From the NCBI GenBank assembly GCA_022705425.1, contig JAKJEM010000001.1, positions 260,515 to 324,514 on the forward strand: a stretch of DNA of 64,000 nucleotides. Direction: 5' to 3'. This document shows positions 48,466 to 58,235 of this stretch, piece by piece. Under the pieces are notes generated by a model. That model ran no database searches. It was not told the origin of the DNA and saw only the letters and a program-made list of their open reading frames with translations. Positions within the stretch are counted from its first letter, which is position 1. Each line of letters begins with the position of its first letter. Both the position numbers and the translations under genes were made by a program. The DNA comes from Planctomycetota bacterium (GTDB lineage: Bacteria > Planctomycetota > Brocadiia > CAIUPP01).

Positions 48466-49653
48466 ATGCGGCATAAAGACCGGGTGATGAGCGCGTTTCG
48501 GGGGGAGTGGGCGGACCGGCCGGGGATTTTCGAGCAGGCCTTTGCATCGAGCGTGGCCTCGAAGATCCTCGGGCGTCGCGCGCTGACGGGCTCCACCTCG
48601 CTGCACTACGAGGAATCGCGCGCGTGGATGCGCGGCGAGTCCGCCCACGCGGAGTTCCTCGACCGGGTGTACGAGGACACGGTGGCCCTGGCGCGCGCGC
48701 TGGACCTCGACGCCATCTATCCCCCCTGGCGCTTCGGCACACGCCCGACGCGTCAGGTGGACGAGTACACCTTCCTCTACGGTGACGAATCCGGCGACGG
48801 GTGGGTGAAGATGTCCTTCGACCCCGCCTCGGAGACCTACGGCGTCGTGGCGCGCGGGCGCGAACCGACGTCCGAGGACGTGGCCCAGACGATGCGCGCC
48901 GCCATCGCCGCCGCCGCGCGCGAGCCCGCGCCCTCGACCGAGCGGCTGGACCCCTTCCTCCGGCGGCTGTTGCGCGAGCACGGCGGCGAGTATGCCATCC
49001 CCACCGGCGGGGCCGGGCTCTCCATCCCTATCCAGCGGGCCTGGCTCGAAGCCACCCTCCTCGACCGCGCGCTGGTGGAGGAATACCTCGACGCCCGCGT
49101 CGAGAGCAACCTGCGCTGGCTGCCGGTGTACAAGGCCGCCGGGGCCGATTACATCAACGGCGGCGGCGATTTCGCCGACAAGAACGGCCCGGTGTACTCG
49201 CCGCGCTTCTTCTGCCAGGTCATGGCCCCGCGCTGGCAGCGCATCTTCCAGGCCTGCCGCGCCGTGGGCCTGCCCTACGTCATGCGCTCCGATGGGAACC
49301 TCTGGCCGGTGGCGGAGGAACTCTTCGGGCAGTGCCGCCCCGAGGGATACGGCGAGGTGGACTGGGACGCGGGCATGGACCCCGCCCGCGTGCGCGCGGC
49401 CTTCCCGGAGCTGGTGATCTTCGGCAGCGTGCCCTGCGGCGGCGTGCTCCTGCGCGGCACGCCGCGGCAGGTGGCCGAGACGGCCGAATACTGCCTGCGC
49501 GCCGCCGGGCCGCGCGTCGTCCTCGGCAGCTCGAACGCCATTCTCCACGGAACCCCGCCGGAGAACGTCCACGCCCTCTTCGAGGTCGCGCGGCGCTTCA
49601 AGCCCCCGCGACGGCGGACGCCCCCGCGCGCGCCGGCCCGGGCCGCACGCTGA
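48466..49653 (+). CDS. URO-D-family protein 2
   Basis: GGGDFADKNGPVYSP, MRSDGNLW, LVIFGSV, LGSSNAI..GTPPENV. Confidence 0.8.
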   Translation: MRHKDRVMSAFRGEWADRPGIFEQAFASSVASKILGRRALTGSTSLHYEESRAWMRGESAHAEFLDRVYEDTVALARALDLDAIYPPWRFGTRPTRQVDEYTFLYGDESGDGWVKMSFDPASETYGVVARGREPTSEDVAQTMRAAIAAAAREPAPSTERLDPFLRRLLREHGGEYAIPTGGAGLSIPIQRAWLEATLLDRALVEEYLDARVESNLRWLPVYKAAGADYINGGGDFADKNGPVYSPRFFCQVMAPRWQRIFQACRAVGLPYVMRSDGNLWPVAEELFGQCRPEGYGEVDWDAGMDPARVRAAFPELVIFGSVPCGGVLLRGTPRQVAETAEYCLRAAGPRVVLGSSNAILHGTPPENVHALFEVARRFKPPRRRTPPRAPARAAR

Positions 49654-49696
49654 GGCCGCCTCCGGAGTGAAGATCTTCTGGATGGAGGGAAACGCA

Positions 49697-50263
49697 ATGA
49701 AGACACTCGAAATCGGCGTCGTGCTGTCCGCCCTCCTTCTCGCCGGATGCGCCGGCGTTCCCTCGGGCGTCCGCGTTGTCGAGGGCTTCGACCTCCAGCG
49801 CTACCTGGGGACATGGCACGAAATCGCGCGCCTGGACCATCCCTTCGAGCGCGGCCTGACGCGCGTCACCGCGACCTATTCCCGCAACGAGGACGGCTCA
49901 GTCGCCGTACACAACCGGGGCTACGACCCGAAGAGCGGAGCGTGGAAGGAGGTCCGCGGGCGCGCGCAGTTCGTCGCGGAACCGGACAAGGGCCGCCTCA
50001 AGGTCACCTTCTTCCGGCCCTTCTACGGCGCGTACAACGTCATCGCCCTTGACAGGGATGCGTACTCCTACGCCATGGTCTGCGGTCCCAGCCGGTCCTA
50101 TCTGTGGATTCTCGCCCGCGAGAAGACGCTGCCGGCCTCCGTCCTCGACGGCCTGATCGCCGAGGCCCGCCGGCTCGGCTTCCCCACCGACGGCCTGCTC
50201 CTCGTCCCGCACGACGGCGACACCCCCACGCCCGCCGCCCCCGCCCCCGCAGTCGCCCCGTAG
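49697..50263 (+). CDS. blc: Bacterial lipocalin Blc (lipoprotein)
   Basis: Lipobox LLAGC; FDLQRYLGTWHEIARL..FE.G; LKVTFF.PFYG.Y; YLWILAR. Confidence 0.9.
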   Translation: MKTLEIGVVLSALLLAGCAGVPSGVRVVEGFDLQRYLGTWHEIARLDHPFERGLTRVTATYSRNEDGSVAVHNRGYDPKSGAWKEVRGRAQFVAEPDKGRLKVTFFRPFYGAYNVIALDRDAYSYAMVCGPSRSYLWILAREKTLPASVLDGLIAEARRLGFPTDGLLLVPHDGDTPTPAAPAPAVAP

Positions 50264-50305
50264 CCCCACCGCCCAGGCGCGCTCCCCGGCCCGGCGAGCA
50301 GGGCA

Positions 50306-51478
50306 TCACGTTCCCGTCACGCCCTTCTCCACCCCCGTAATATCCCCCACCGGCACGACGTACACGTGCGAACGTCCGGAGCAGTCGGAGGTGTAGTGGA
50401 CGTAGCGTCCGGTGCGGCTGTAGCCGGGGTGGGTGTCGGTGTCGGTGTGGGGGGGCAGGTCGGGGCGGCGGGCGGCCATCGAGATTTGTTTGATGCTGGC
50501 GTTCGGCCAGCAGAGCAGGTGCGTCTCGGGGCGTTCGGTGCTGAGCAGAAGGAGGATGTTCTCGGGGCGGTCCTGGCTGTCGGAGACGATCCAGCGTTCG
50601 TCGGGGCTGGGGGCGCAGTGGCCGAGGCGGTGGGCGGCGGTTTCGTGATAGATTCGCCGGTCGCCGCCGTTGCGGTCCACGGAGCCGATGGCCGTGGGGA
50701 CCCATTGCGGCACGGTCTTCTTGTGGAAGTAGAAGCGTCGCCCGGAGGGCCCCCACAGGCAGTGTGTGGCGCGGAAGCCGGGGGGCATGAGCACGAGGGG
50801 GCTCATGCGCCCGGTGTCGAGTTCCATGCGCCACTGGGCGGTGCGGTGGTCGGGCGTTTCCTGGGGGGTGTTCTGCCGGTCGGGGTAGCCGTGGAAGGAG
50901 ACGAGGTTGTTGTCGGCGGGGCAGAAGAGTTCGTGGCCGGGGGCGATGTCGGCGCGCGGCAGGGGGACGAGGCGCAGGTCGTTGCTGCCGTCGGTCGGGG
51001 CGAGGGCGAGGGCGGGGTGTCCGTCGGCGGTCTTGTGGGAGAAGAGGCAGAGGCGTCCATCGCCGCTGAGAACGGCGGCGGCGCCCTTGTGTCCGGGGCC
51101 GTCGCCGAAGAGGCGGCGGAAGTCCACAGCGCGGCGAGCGGCGAGCGTTTCCGGGCGGATGGCGAGGTAGCTGCCGGCGTCCTCGACGAAGACTTCATCG
51201 AGCGCCGGGGAATAGACGATGGAGCGAAAGAGGGCGTTGCGGACGCGGGCGAGCTGCTGCGCGCGTCCGGTGGATAGTTCGAGGCGATAGGGCTGCCAGG
51301 CGCCGCTTCGGTTGCACATGAAGAAGAGGAAGCGGTCGTCTCTGGACCAGGCGGGCTTGTCCATGTACGGGGCCACGCACTCGAAATCGCCGTCGGTCAC
51401 CTGCCAGACGAGGCGTCCGGTGCGGGGGTCGCGGAACTCGCGGCGGGGGAGGAGGAAGGCGTCCAGGGGTTCGTGCAT
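50306..51478 (-). CDS. Oligogalacturonate lyase-family (PL22-like) beta-propeller
   Basis: DPRTG..V.QVT, WS.D, H.LF.P, FCHE-like elements, HCAPSPDERWIVSD, HP.YS..G.YV.YTSD..G. Confidence 0.7.
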   Translation of the reverse strand: MHEPLDAFLLPRREFRDPRTGRLVWQVTDGDFECVAPYMDKPAWSRDDRFLFFMCNRSGAWQPYRLELSTGRAQQLARVRNALFRSIVYSPALDEVFVEDAGSYLAIRPETLAARRAVDFRRLFGDGPGHKGAAAVLSGDGRLCLFSHKTADGHPALALAPTDGSNDLRLVPLPRADIAPGHELFCPADNNLVSFHGYPDRQNTPQETPDHRTAQWRMELDTGRMSPLVLMPPGFRATHCLWGPSGRRFYFHKKTVPQWVPTAIGSVDRNGGDRRIYHETAAHRLGHCAPSPDERWIVSDSQDRPENILLLLSTERPETHLLCWPNASIKQISMAARRPDLPPHTDTDTHPGYSRTGRYVHYTSDCSGRSHVYVVPVGDITGVEKGVTGT

Positions 51479-51493
51479 GGCGGCTCCGTGGGA

Positions 51494-52906
51494 TCAGTCC
51501 ACGCCGTTGGCGCGGATCACGTCGCGGTACCAGAAGGCGCTGTCCTTCCAGGTGCGGCGCTGGGTGGCGAAGTCGTTGTGAATCAGACCGCAGCGCACGC
51601 GGAAGCCGGCGGCCCATTCGAGGTTGTCCATGAGCGTCCAGACCATGTAGCCGCGCAGGTCCACGCCGTCGCGCATGGCGCGGCGGGCGGCCTTGAAGTG
51701 CTCGCGGAGGTAGTGGATGCGGTAGGCGTCGTGGACGCTGCCGTCGGGGCCGGGGGCGTCGAAGCCGGCGGCGTTGTTTTCGGTGATGTAGAACTCATGG
51801 TTGCCGTAGCGGCGGCGCGCCCAGGTCAGGGTGTCGTACAGCCCCTGCGGGCAGACGGCCCAGCCCATCGGCGTCAGGCGCTCGCCGCGCTTGCCGAACT
51901 CGGGAACGGGGGCCTTGGCGAAGCTCGATTGCGCCGGGGAGGCGTTCTCCGGCAGCGCCTTGGGCTCCCAGGCGGGCACCCCGCGGCTCTGGAGGCCGGG
52001 CACACTCGGATCGTGCGTCACGCGCCACTGGCTGTAGTAGTTCACGCCGATCAGGTCGAGCGGGCGGCTGATGAGGGGCAGGTCCGCCTCGTAGTCCGGC
52101 GGCAGGAGGTGGCCGAACATCTGCAGGAAGCGGGGGGGATACTCGCCCAGGTGGATCGGGTCGCAGAATCGGCGGGAGTAGGCGCCGTTTCGGCGCGCGG
52201 CGGCGCGGTCCTCGCGCGTGTCCTCCTCGGGCAGGTTCGGGCCGAGGGCGAAGGCGACGCCGATGCGCCCCCTGGGGTCAATCGCGCGCAGCGCCTCGAC
52301 GGCGCGCCCATGTCCGCGCATCAGGTTATGCCCGCCGACGACCATCGCGCGCCAGTCCTTCAGGCCGGGGGCGTGGACGCCCTTGCGCAGGCCGCAATCG
52401 GTGAAGACCGCCGGTTCGTTCAGCGTCAGCCACAGCTTCACGCGGTCGGCGTAGCGGCGGAAGGCCAGGGCGGCGTATTCGCCGAACCACTCCGCCGAAT
52501 CGCGTTCGAGCAGCCCGCCGCGGTCCCACAGCGCCTGGGGATAGTCCCAGTGGAAGAGGGTGATCATCGGCGTGATGTCGCGGCGCAGCAGTTCGTCAAT
52601 CAGGCGGCTGTAGAAATCCACCCCCGCCGTGTTCTCGCGCCCGACGCCCTCGGGCAGCAGGCGGCACCAGGACAGGGAGAATCGGTACGCGCGCAGGCCC
52701 ATTTCGGCCATCAGCGCCACGTCCTCCTTCCAGCGCCGGTAGTGGTCGCAGGCCACGTCGCCCGTGTCGCCGCATTCGGTCTTGCCCGGCGTGTGGACGA
52801 AGCGGTGCCAGATGCTCTCCCCGGCCCCATCGGCCAGGGGGGAACCTTCGACCTGAAAGGAGGCGCTGGCAGCGCCCCAGAGGAAACGGCGCGGGAATCG
52901 AGTCAC
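51494..52906 (-). CDS. Glycoside hydrolase family 1 (beta-glucosidase)
   Basis: FLWGAASASFQVEG, DHY.RW.ED, YRFSLSW, TLNEP acid/base, YITENN nucleophile, DNLEWA.G. Confidence 0.95.
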   Translation of the reverse strand: MTRFPRRFLWGAASASFQVEGSPLADGAGESIWHRFVHTPGKTECGDTGDVACDHYRRWKEDVALMAEMGLRAYRFSLSWCRLLPEGVGRENTAGVDFYSRLIDELLRRDITPMITLFHWDYPQALWDRGGLLERDSAEWFGEYAALAFRRYADRVKLWLTLNEPAVFTDCGLRKGVHAPGLKDWRAMVVGGHNLMRGHGRAVEALRAIDPRGRIGVAFALGPNLPEEDTREDRAAARRNGAYSRRFCDPIHLGEYPPRFLQMFGHLLPPDYEADLPLISRPLDLIGVNYYSQWRVTHDPSVPGLQSRGVPAWEPKALPENASPAQSSFAKAPVPEFGKRGERLTPMGWAVCPQGLYDTLTWARRRYGNHEFYITENNAAGFDAPGPDGSVHDAYRIHYLREHFKAARRAMRDGVDLRGYMVWTLMDNLEWAAGFRVRCGLIHNDFATQRRTWKDSAFWYRDVIRANGVD

Positions 52907-53129
52907 GGCGGCGGCTCCATGTCGGCAGGTCAGTGCGGCTCCGTAACGGGGGAGGGCCGATGCGCGGCACGGGCGTCACTATCCGAAGTCCGGGGGAGGA
53001 TGTCAAGGCCGCTGCGGCGCAGCGCCTGTGTTGACCTGATGAAGCCACTCCCACAGCCGGGGCGGCTGTGCCACACTCTCCGAAGACTGAACGGTCGCGC
53101 CTGCGGAGTGCGGAGCGCGCTGTATGTGG

Positions 53130-53158
53130 TTGATTCCCCGCCCCGTGCGCGATATCCT
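53130..53158 (+). promoter_or_regulatory. sigma70-like promoter
   Basis: TTGATT-17-TATCCT. Confidence 0.5.
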
Positions 53159-53214
53159 GATGTCAGGTGACGCGCCCGGCATCCTCGTCCGGCCCGGCCA
53201 CAAGGAGAGCGACC

Positions 53215-54852
53215 ATGCGGAAGATCATCCTCGTCGGCGTCGCGATGGTCTGCGTTTTCGCGTGCGGCGTTGTTGCGGCCCAGGAGGGGCCGGCCTCCGG
53301 CGACCGCCCCGCGCCCGCGGCGGTTCCTCGTCCGCCGCTCGTGCCGCCGCAGACGGCCTTCGACCTCCAGGCGCGCTACTTCTTCCCCTCGGCCGAGGTC
53401 CGCAAGAAGCTCGACGCCCTGCGCCTCGAGTGGGCGGCGGAGCGCAACGCCAACGCCGACCGTATGGACCAGGAACTCGACGCGCGGTTCGGCGCCGTCG
53501 TGGTCGCCGATCTGGACGACAAGCAGAAGGCCGACTTCGCCCGCCTGGCGGAAGCGGTCAAGGTCTTCTGGGCCGCCGCGCAGCAGGCGGACAAGGAGTA
53601 CATCCAGGCCCTGGGCCAATCGGGCGTGTCCGCGCCGCTGCAATGGCTCCCGGACGATCCGGTGATGCTGCTTCACCTTCTGCCGCGCGTTCAGGGGCAG
53701 CCCTCGACCCTCGGCGCGCTCGTTGGGGAGTACCAGACCACCCTGATGCGCGAACGCGCCAAGGCGCGCGAGGCCGCCATGGCGCCCCAGGATGCCGACG
53801 ACAAGACCACGCCGACCGAACGCCACCGGCGCGCGGAGAAGGCCGATGCCGATCTCGTCGAGAAGCTGCGGGCCGAGTTCGCCGAGAAGGCGCTGGCGGC
53901 GGTGAAGGGAAGCCCGCAGGAGAAGACGTACAGTGACCTCCTGACGGCGCAACGGGCCTGGCAGATTCGCAAGACGGCGGCTCGTGAAGCCTTGCTCAAG
54001 GAACTCCCCGAGACGTCCGGCGCGCAGTCTCCGTCCGCGCTTCGCCCCGGCCCGCAGGGGGATTTCGCGCTGGCGCCGCGCCGCTCCGTCGAGATCGTGG
54101 CGCGCTACCTCACGCTGACGCGCGAGCAGCAGGCCAAGCTTCAGAGCCTCCGCGCCGATTGGGACAGAGAACAGCAGCAGATGCGCGGCGAAACCGAGCG
54201 CGCGCTGGACGCGCGGTACGCCGACCGCATCGCCGAGACGCTCGAAGAGCCGCAGAAGGGCAACTTCAAGCGCGCCTATGAGGCCATTTCCGCCTATCGG
54301 GCCGCCGTGTCGGAATCCGATGCCGCCTGGCGCGAAGCCTACGCAAAGGCCGGAATCCGCCGCCCCTTCTGGCCCGGCGTCTCCGGGATGCAGATGGCCA
54401 CTGCGCTGCCGGGCCTCAGCGACGAGCAGCAGCGCGCGCTGAGCCGGTTGAGTGTCGAGTGCACGCAAGCCATGAACCGTGAGCGCTCCAAGGCCTATGA
54501 ATCGCTGCGTTCGACCGATCCGGCCGGTCCGCCCACGCACGGACCCGCCCAGGCCGCCCAGGCGCGCCAGGCGGCCGAAGCCGCCGAGAGGCAGGTGGAC
54601 GCGGAGTACGTCGAGAAGGCCCTGGCTCTCCTGGGCGATACGGAAGCGGCCCAGACGCTGCGGACGGCGAACGAAGCGCGGCTGGCCTGCGCGGCCCGCA
54701 AGAAGGCGCTTCTCGACACCGTCACCGAAGAGTTGAAGACCGTCATCGGGGAAGACCGGCTCTGGCCGCGTCCGCCCGCGCCGCGTCCACCGCCGCCTCC
54801 GACGAAGGTTCCTGCCCCCAAACCGCCGTCGTCCGCTCCCGCGCCGGGCTGA
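53215..54852 (+). CDS. Secreted all-alpha protein with internal ~243-aa duplication (Spy/CpxP-like LTxEQ elements)
   Basis: SD AAGGAG; signal peptide; two aligned helical units; Pro-rich termini. Confidence 0.75.
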   Translation: MRKIILVGVAMVCVFACGVVAAQEGPASGDRPAPAAVPRPPLVPPQTAFDLQARYFFPSAEVRKKLDALRLEWAAERNANADRMDQELDARFGAVVVADLDDKQKADFARLAEAVKVFWAAAQQADKEYIQALGQSGVSAPLQWLPDDPVMLLHLLPRVQGQPSTLGALVGEYQTTLMRERAKAREAAMAPQDADDKTTPTERHRRAEKADADLVEKLRAEFAEKALAAVKGSPQEKTYSDLLTAQRAWQIRKTAAREALLKELPETSGAQSPSALRPGPQGDFALAPRRSVEIVARYLTLTREQQAKLQSLRADWDREQQQMRGETERALDARYADRIAETLEEPQKGNFKRAYEAISAYRAAVSESDAAWREAYAKAGIRRPFWPGVSGMQMATALPGLSDEQQRALSRLSVECTQAMNRERSKAYESLRSTDPAGPPTHGPAQAAQARQAAEAAERQVDAEYVEKALALLGDTEAAQTLRTANEARLACAARKKALLDTVTEELKTVIGEDRLWPRPPAPRPPPPPTKVPAPKPPSSAPAPG

Positions 54853-54894
54853 TGCTCCGCCGGGCGAGGCGCGCTTTCGTCTGGAGTCCGTGCC

Positions 54895-56019
54895 ATGACC
54901 TTTCACCTGTCGCTGCCGCGTCGCGTGCTCTTCGGCCCGGGTGTCTATGCCCGGCTGGGGGAGGTCGCCCGCACGATGGGCCGCCGTGCGCTGCTGGTCA
55001 CGGGCCGCTCCGCCCTGCGGCGCTCGGGGCGGTTGCAGCAGGCCGAGGACATGCTGCGCGAGCAGGGGGTGGATTACCTCCTCATCGAGGGCGTTGAGAA
55101 TGACCCCAGCCTGACGACCTGCGTCCATGCCATTCACACCGCCCGACGCGAACGGTGCGACTTCGTCCTCTCGATCGGCGGCGGGAGCGCGCTGGACGCC
55201 GGAAAGGCCGCCGCCGCCGTGGCGCCCCAGGCCGGCGACCTGGAGGCGTACTTTCACGGAGGGCGCAAGCTCGAAAGGAATCCCCTCCCGCACCTGGCCG
55301 TTCCCACCACCGCCGGCACCGGCAGCGAATCCACCCCGAACGCCGTCCTCACCGACACGGCGCGCGGCATCAAGAAGAGCCTGCGCGACGAGCGGATGGT
55401 CCCCGATGCGGCCCTGGCCGACCCGGAGCTGACGCTTTCCGCCCCGCCCGATGTCACGGCCCAGGCCGGGATGGACGCCCTGACGCAAGCCATCGAATGT
55501 TGCGTCTCGCGCGATGCCAATCCCTTTTCGGACGCGCTGGCTCTGCGCGCGATCGAACTCCTGGCGCGTCACCTGCCGGGGGCGGTGGCCGAGGGCTCGG
55601 ATCTGGCGCATCGCGAGCCGGTGGCCCTGGCCAGCCTCCTGACGGGCATCGCCTTCGGCAATGCCGGACTCGGGGCCGTCCACGGCTTCGCCAATCCGCT
55701 GGGCGCGGCCCTTCATGCCCCGCACGGGCTGATCTGCGCGGCGCTGCTGCCGCACGTCTGCGAGTTCAACCTGCCCGCCGCCGAGCGGAAGTTCGGCGAT
55801 GTGGCGCGCGCGCTCGGGCTGCACGCCGCCGGGGAGGTCCCCGCCGCTCTGGCCGCCCTGAACCACCGGCTCGGCATTCCGGCGCGCCTGGACGGATTCG
55901 GCCTGACCGAAGAGGCGCTGCCGGCCTTGGCGGCGGCCTCGCGCTCCGGCAGTATGCTCAAGAACCCGCGCTCGGCGACAGACGACGAACGGGTCGGCCT
56001 CCTGCGCAAGGTGCTTTGA
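54895..56019 (+). CDS. Iron-containing alcohol dehydrogenase
   Basis: IGGGSALDAGK, PTTAGTGSE, GMDALTQAIE, GAVHG, HG. Confidence 0.92.
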   Translation: MTFHLSLPRRVLFGPGVYARLGEVARTMGRRALLVTGRSALRRSGRLQQAEDMLREQGVDYLLIEGVENDPSLTTCVHAIHTARRERCDFVLSIGGGSALDAGKAAAAVAPQAGDLEAYFHGGRKLERNPLPHLAVPTTAGTGSESTPNAVLTDTARGIKKSLRDERMVPDAALADPELTLSAPPDVTAQAGMDALTQAIECCVSRDANPFSDALALRAIELLARHLPGAVAEGSDLAHREPVALASLLTGIAFGNAGLGAVHGFANPLGAALHAPHGLICAALLPHVCEFNLPAAERKFGDVARALGLHAAGEVPAALAALNHRLGIPARLDGFGLTEEALPALAAASRSGSMLKNPRSATDDERVGLLRKVL

Positions 56020-56038
56020 ACCTTTCCTCTTCCGGGAG

Positions 56039-56374
56039 ATGACGGTGCAGAAGATCAACGAGAAGGACAGCCCTTTCCGCAACGGCGATTGCGGCGTGAA
56101 GTATTTCATGCGGGGCCCCCGGCTCGACTGGGGCCTCATCCTCCTCAAGCCGGGCCAGGTCATGGGACCGCACGGCCACCGCCAGACGGAGGAGACCTTC
56201 CACTGCCTGGAAGGGACGCCCACGCTGGTAGTGGACGGGCGCGACGTGCCGATGGTCGCCGGCGACGTCGTGCGGCTGGACCCCCTCGAGAAGCACGACC
56301 TGCGCAACGACGGCGCAACGAACGCCCGCATCATCTTCATCAAGACGCCCTATCTCCCCGACGACCGCTTCTGA
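56039..56374 (+). CDS. Cupin domain protein
   Basis: PHGHRQTEETF..LEG...KHDLRN. Confidence 0.85.
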   Translation: MTVQKINEKDSPFRNGDCGVKYFMRGPRLDWGLILLKPGQVMGPHGHRQTEETFHCLEGTPTLVVDGRDVPMVAGDVVRLDPLEKHDLRNDGATNARIIFIKTPYLPDDRF

Positions 56375-56403
56375 GTCACGCCGCTTTCCTTCTGGAGAAG
56401 AAT

Positions 56404-57711
56404 ATGGCATCCCTTCGCTACGAGATTTCGCGCGACATTCCCGTCATTGTCGAGGCCGACGTCCTGGTCGTCGGCGGCGGTCCGGGCGGGCTCGGCGCCG
56501 CCGTCATGGCCGCCCGCGCCGGCGCGCGCACCGCGCTGGTCGAACGCTACGGGTTCCTCGGCGGCATGGCCGTTTCCGGCGAAGTCCACCCCTTCATGTC
56601 GAACCACGCTCGCCGTATCTCCCTCGACAAGCCCGTGTATATCGAATGGACCGAGCGCATCCGGCGCTACCTTCCCCCGTCCGCCCAGTGTCCGCCCGAT
56701 GCCGAAGCCGCCTCCGGGCCCTCGCGCCTGATCAGCAAGGACGCCGCGATGCTCGCGGCCGAGGACCTCTGCCTCGAAGCCGGGGTGCGGCTGCTCTATC
56801 ATCACACCCTGGTGGACGCCCTGCGCGCGGAGGGGAAGATCGCGGCGGCGGTCTTCCACTCGAAGTCCGGCTTCGTTGCCGCCCGCGCCGGCTGCTACGT
56901 GGACTGCACCGGCGACGGCGACTTGGCCGTGGCCGCCGGGTGCGCCTTCGATCAGGGGGGGGCTTCGGGACATTGCCAGCCGATGACCCTGTGCTTCAAG
57001 CTGAGCCACGTCGAGAAGTCCCGAATGCCCGACCGCGCGGCCATCAACGCCCTGTACGACGAGGCGCGCCGTCGCGGCGAGGTCCGCTGCCCGCGCGAGA
57101 ACGTTCTCCTCTTCGGCGCGTTCGACGACGACGTGGTCCACTTCAACACCACGCGCGTCATCCACAAGAGCGGCGTCAACGGGCAGGAGCTTTCCGAGGC
57201 GGAGATCGAGGGCCGGCGACAGTTGCGCGACTACCTGGCCTGGCTGCGCCGTTGCGTCCCCGGCTTCGAGCAGGCCCGCCTTCACTCGATCGCGCACCAC
57301 ATCGGCGTGCGCGAGACGCGTCGCATCCGCGGGCGCGCCTGCATCACGCGCGCAGACTTCGAGGTCCAGCGCAAGTTCCCCGATGCCATCGCCCGCGCCT
57401 CCTACCCCATAGACATCCACAACCCCGACGGCAGCGGCACGGAGATCGTCTGCGTTCCCGAAGGGGACTTTTACGAAATCCCCTACGGCTGCATCGTGGC
57501 CGCCGACGTGGAGAACCTGCTCGTCGGCGGACGTCCGATCTCGGCGGACCACGCCGTCCACAGCAGTATGCGTGTCATGCCGCCGGCCTGCTCCGTGGGC
57601 CAGGCGGCAGGCATGGCCGCCGCGCTGGCGGCGCTCTCCGGCAGGTCTCCCGCTGAACTGGACGGGCGCGAGGTCCGGCGTCGTCTGGTCGAGAAGGGCG
57701 CGAACCTGTGA
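56404..57711 (+). CDS. FAD-dependent oxidoreductase (FAD_oxidored family)
   Basis: DVLVVGGGPGG, DCTGDGD, GVRETRRI, YPIDIH, YEIPY, GR.IS. Confidence 0.9.
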   Translation: MASLRYEISRDIPVIVEADVLVVGGGPGGLGAAVMAARAGARTALVERYGFLGGMAVSGEVHPFMSNHARRISLDKPVYIEWTERIRRYLPPSAQCPPDAEAASGPSRLISKDAAMLAAEDLCLEAGVRLLYHHTLVDALRAEGKIAAAVFHSKSGFVAARAGCYVDCTGDGDLAVAAGCAFDQGGASGHCQPMTLCFKLSHVEKSRMPDRAAINALYDEARRRGEVRCPRENVLLFGAFDDDVVHFNTTRVIHKSGVNGQELSEAEIEGRRQLRDYLAWLRRCVPGFEQARLHSIAHHIGVRETRRIRGRACITRADFEVQRKFPDAIARASYPIDIHNPDGSGTEIVCVPEGDFYEIPYGCIVAADVENLLVGGRPISADHAVHSSMRVMPPACSVGQAAGMAAALAALSGRSPAELDGREVRRRLVEKGANL

Positions 57712-57793
57712 CGCCGCTTGCCCCCGTGCCGCGCAGACCCTGCCGGGAAGGCGTCCCGGCGAAGACCCCCGCGTCCGCGTTCTTCGAGCGCCC

Positions 57794-58231
57794 ATGAACA
57801 CCCCGGCCATCTTTCTGTGGATCTACGCGGCCATGATCGCCATGGCCTTCTGGGAAGCCTATGCCGAGGGGCGCAACGCCTGGGACAAGGGCAAGGTGGG
57901 CTGGCGCGTCCGCGTCGGCCGGTACGTCGTCGTCAGCGGCTATCACTTCTTCCTCGTCTGGGTCATGCTGCCGATGCTGATCTTCCTGCCCCTGGTGACC
58001 CACGGATGGAACACGCGGCTCTTCGGGATTCTCCTGAGCGCCTACGCCTCCGGGCTGGTGATCGAGGACTTCATGTGGTACGTCGTCAGCCCCGTCGTCA
58101 AGTTCAGCGAGTTCAACGCCGAGTGGGCCGACCACTACCCGTGGATCAAGGTCGGACGCTTCGCCGTGCCGCTCTACTACGCCTTCGGTCTGCTGATTGC
58201 CCTTGCTTCCTGGTGGTTCCTGTGGAGATGA
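57794..58231 (+). CDS. Hypothetical integral membrane protein
   Basis: About 4 TM helices; polar motifs E...EG..W, YH, EDF.W. Confidence 0.75.
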   Translation: MNTPAIFLWIYAAMIAMAFWEAYAEGRNAWDKGKVGWRVRVGRYVVVSGYHFFLVWVMLPMLIFLPLVTHGWNTRLFGILLSAYASGLVIEDFMWYVVSPVVKFSEFNAEWADHYPWIKVGRFAVPLYYAFGLLIALASWWFLWR

Positions 58232-58235
58232 CGCC

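Noticed and set aside
53030-53100. Hammerhead-like CUGAUGA core in an intergenic region
   Set aside because: No properly placed GAAA or stem II/III; likely coincidental
57742-57760. GCCGGGA/TCCCGGC-type hairpins (also ~36313-36343 and ~42530-42545) as a REP family
   Set aside because: Too few, too variable and expected by chance at this GC; treated as ordinary stem-loops
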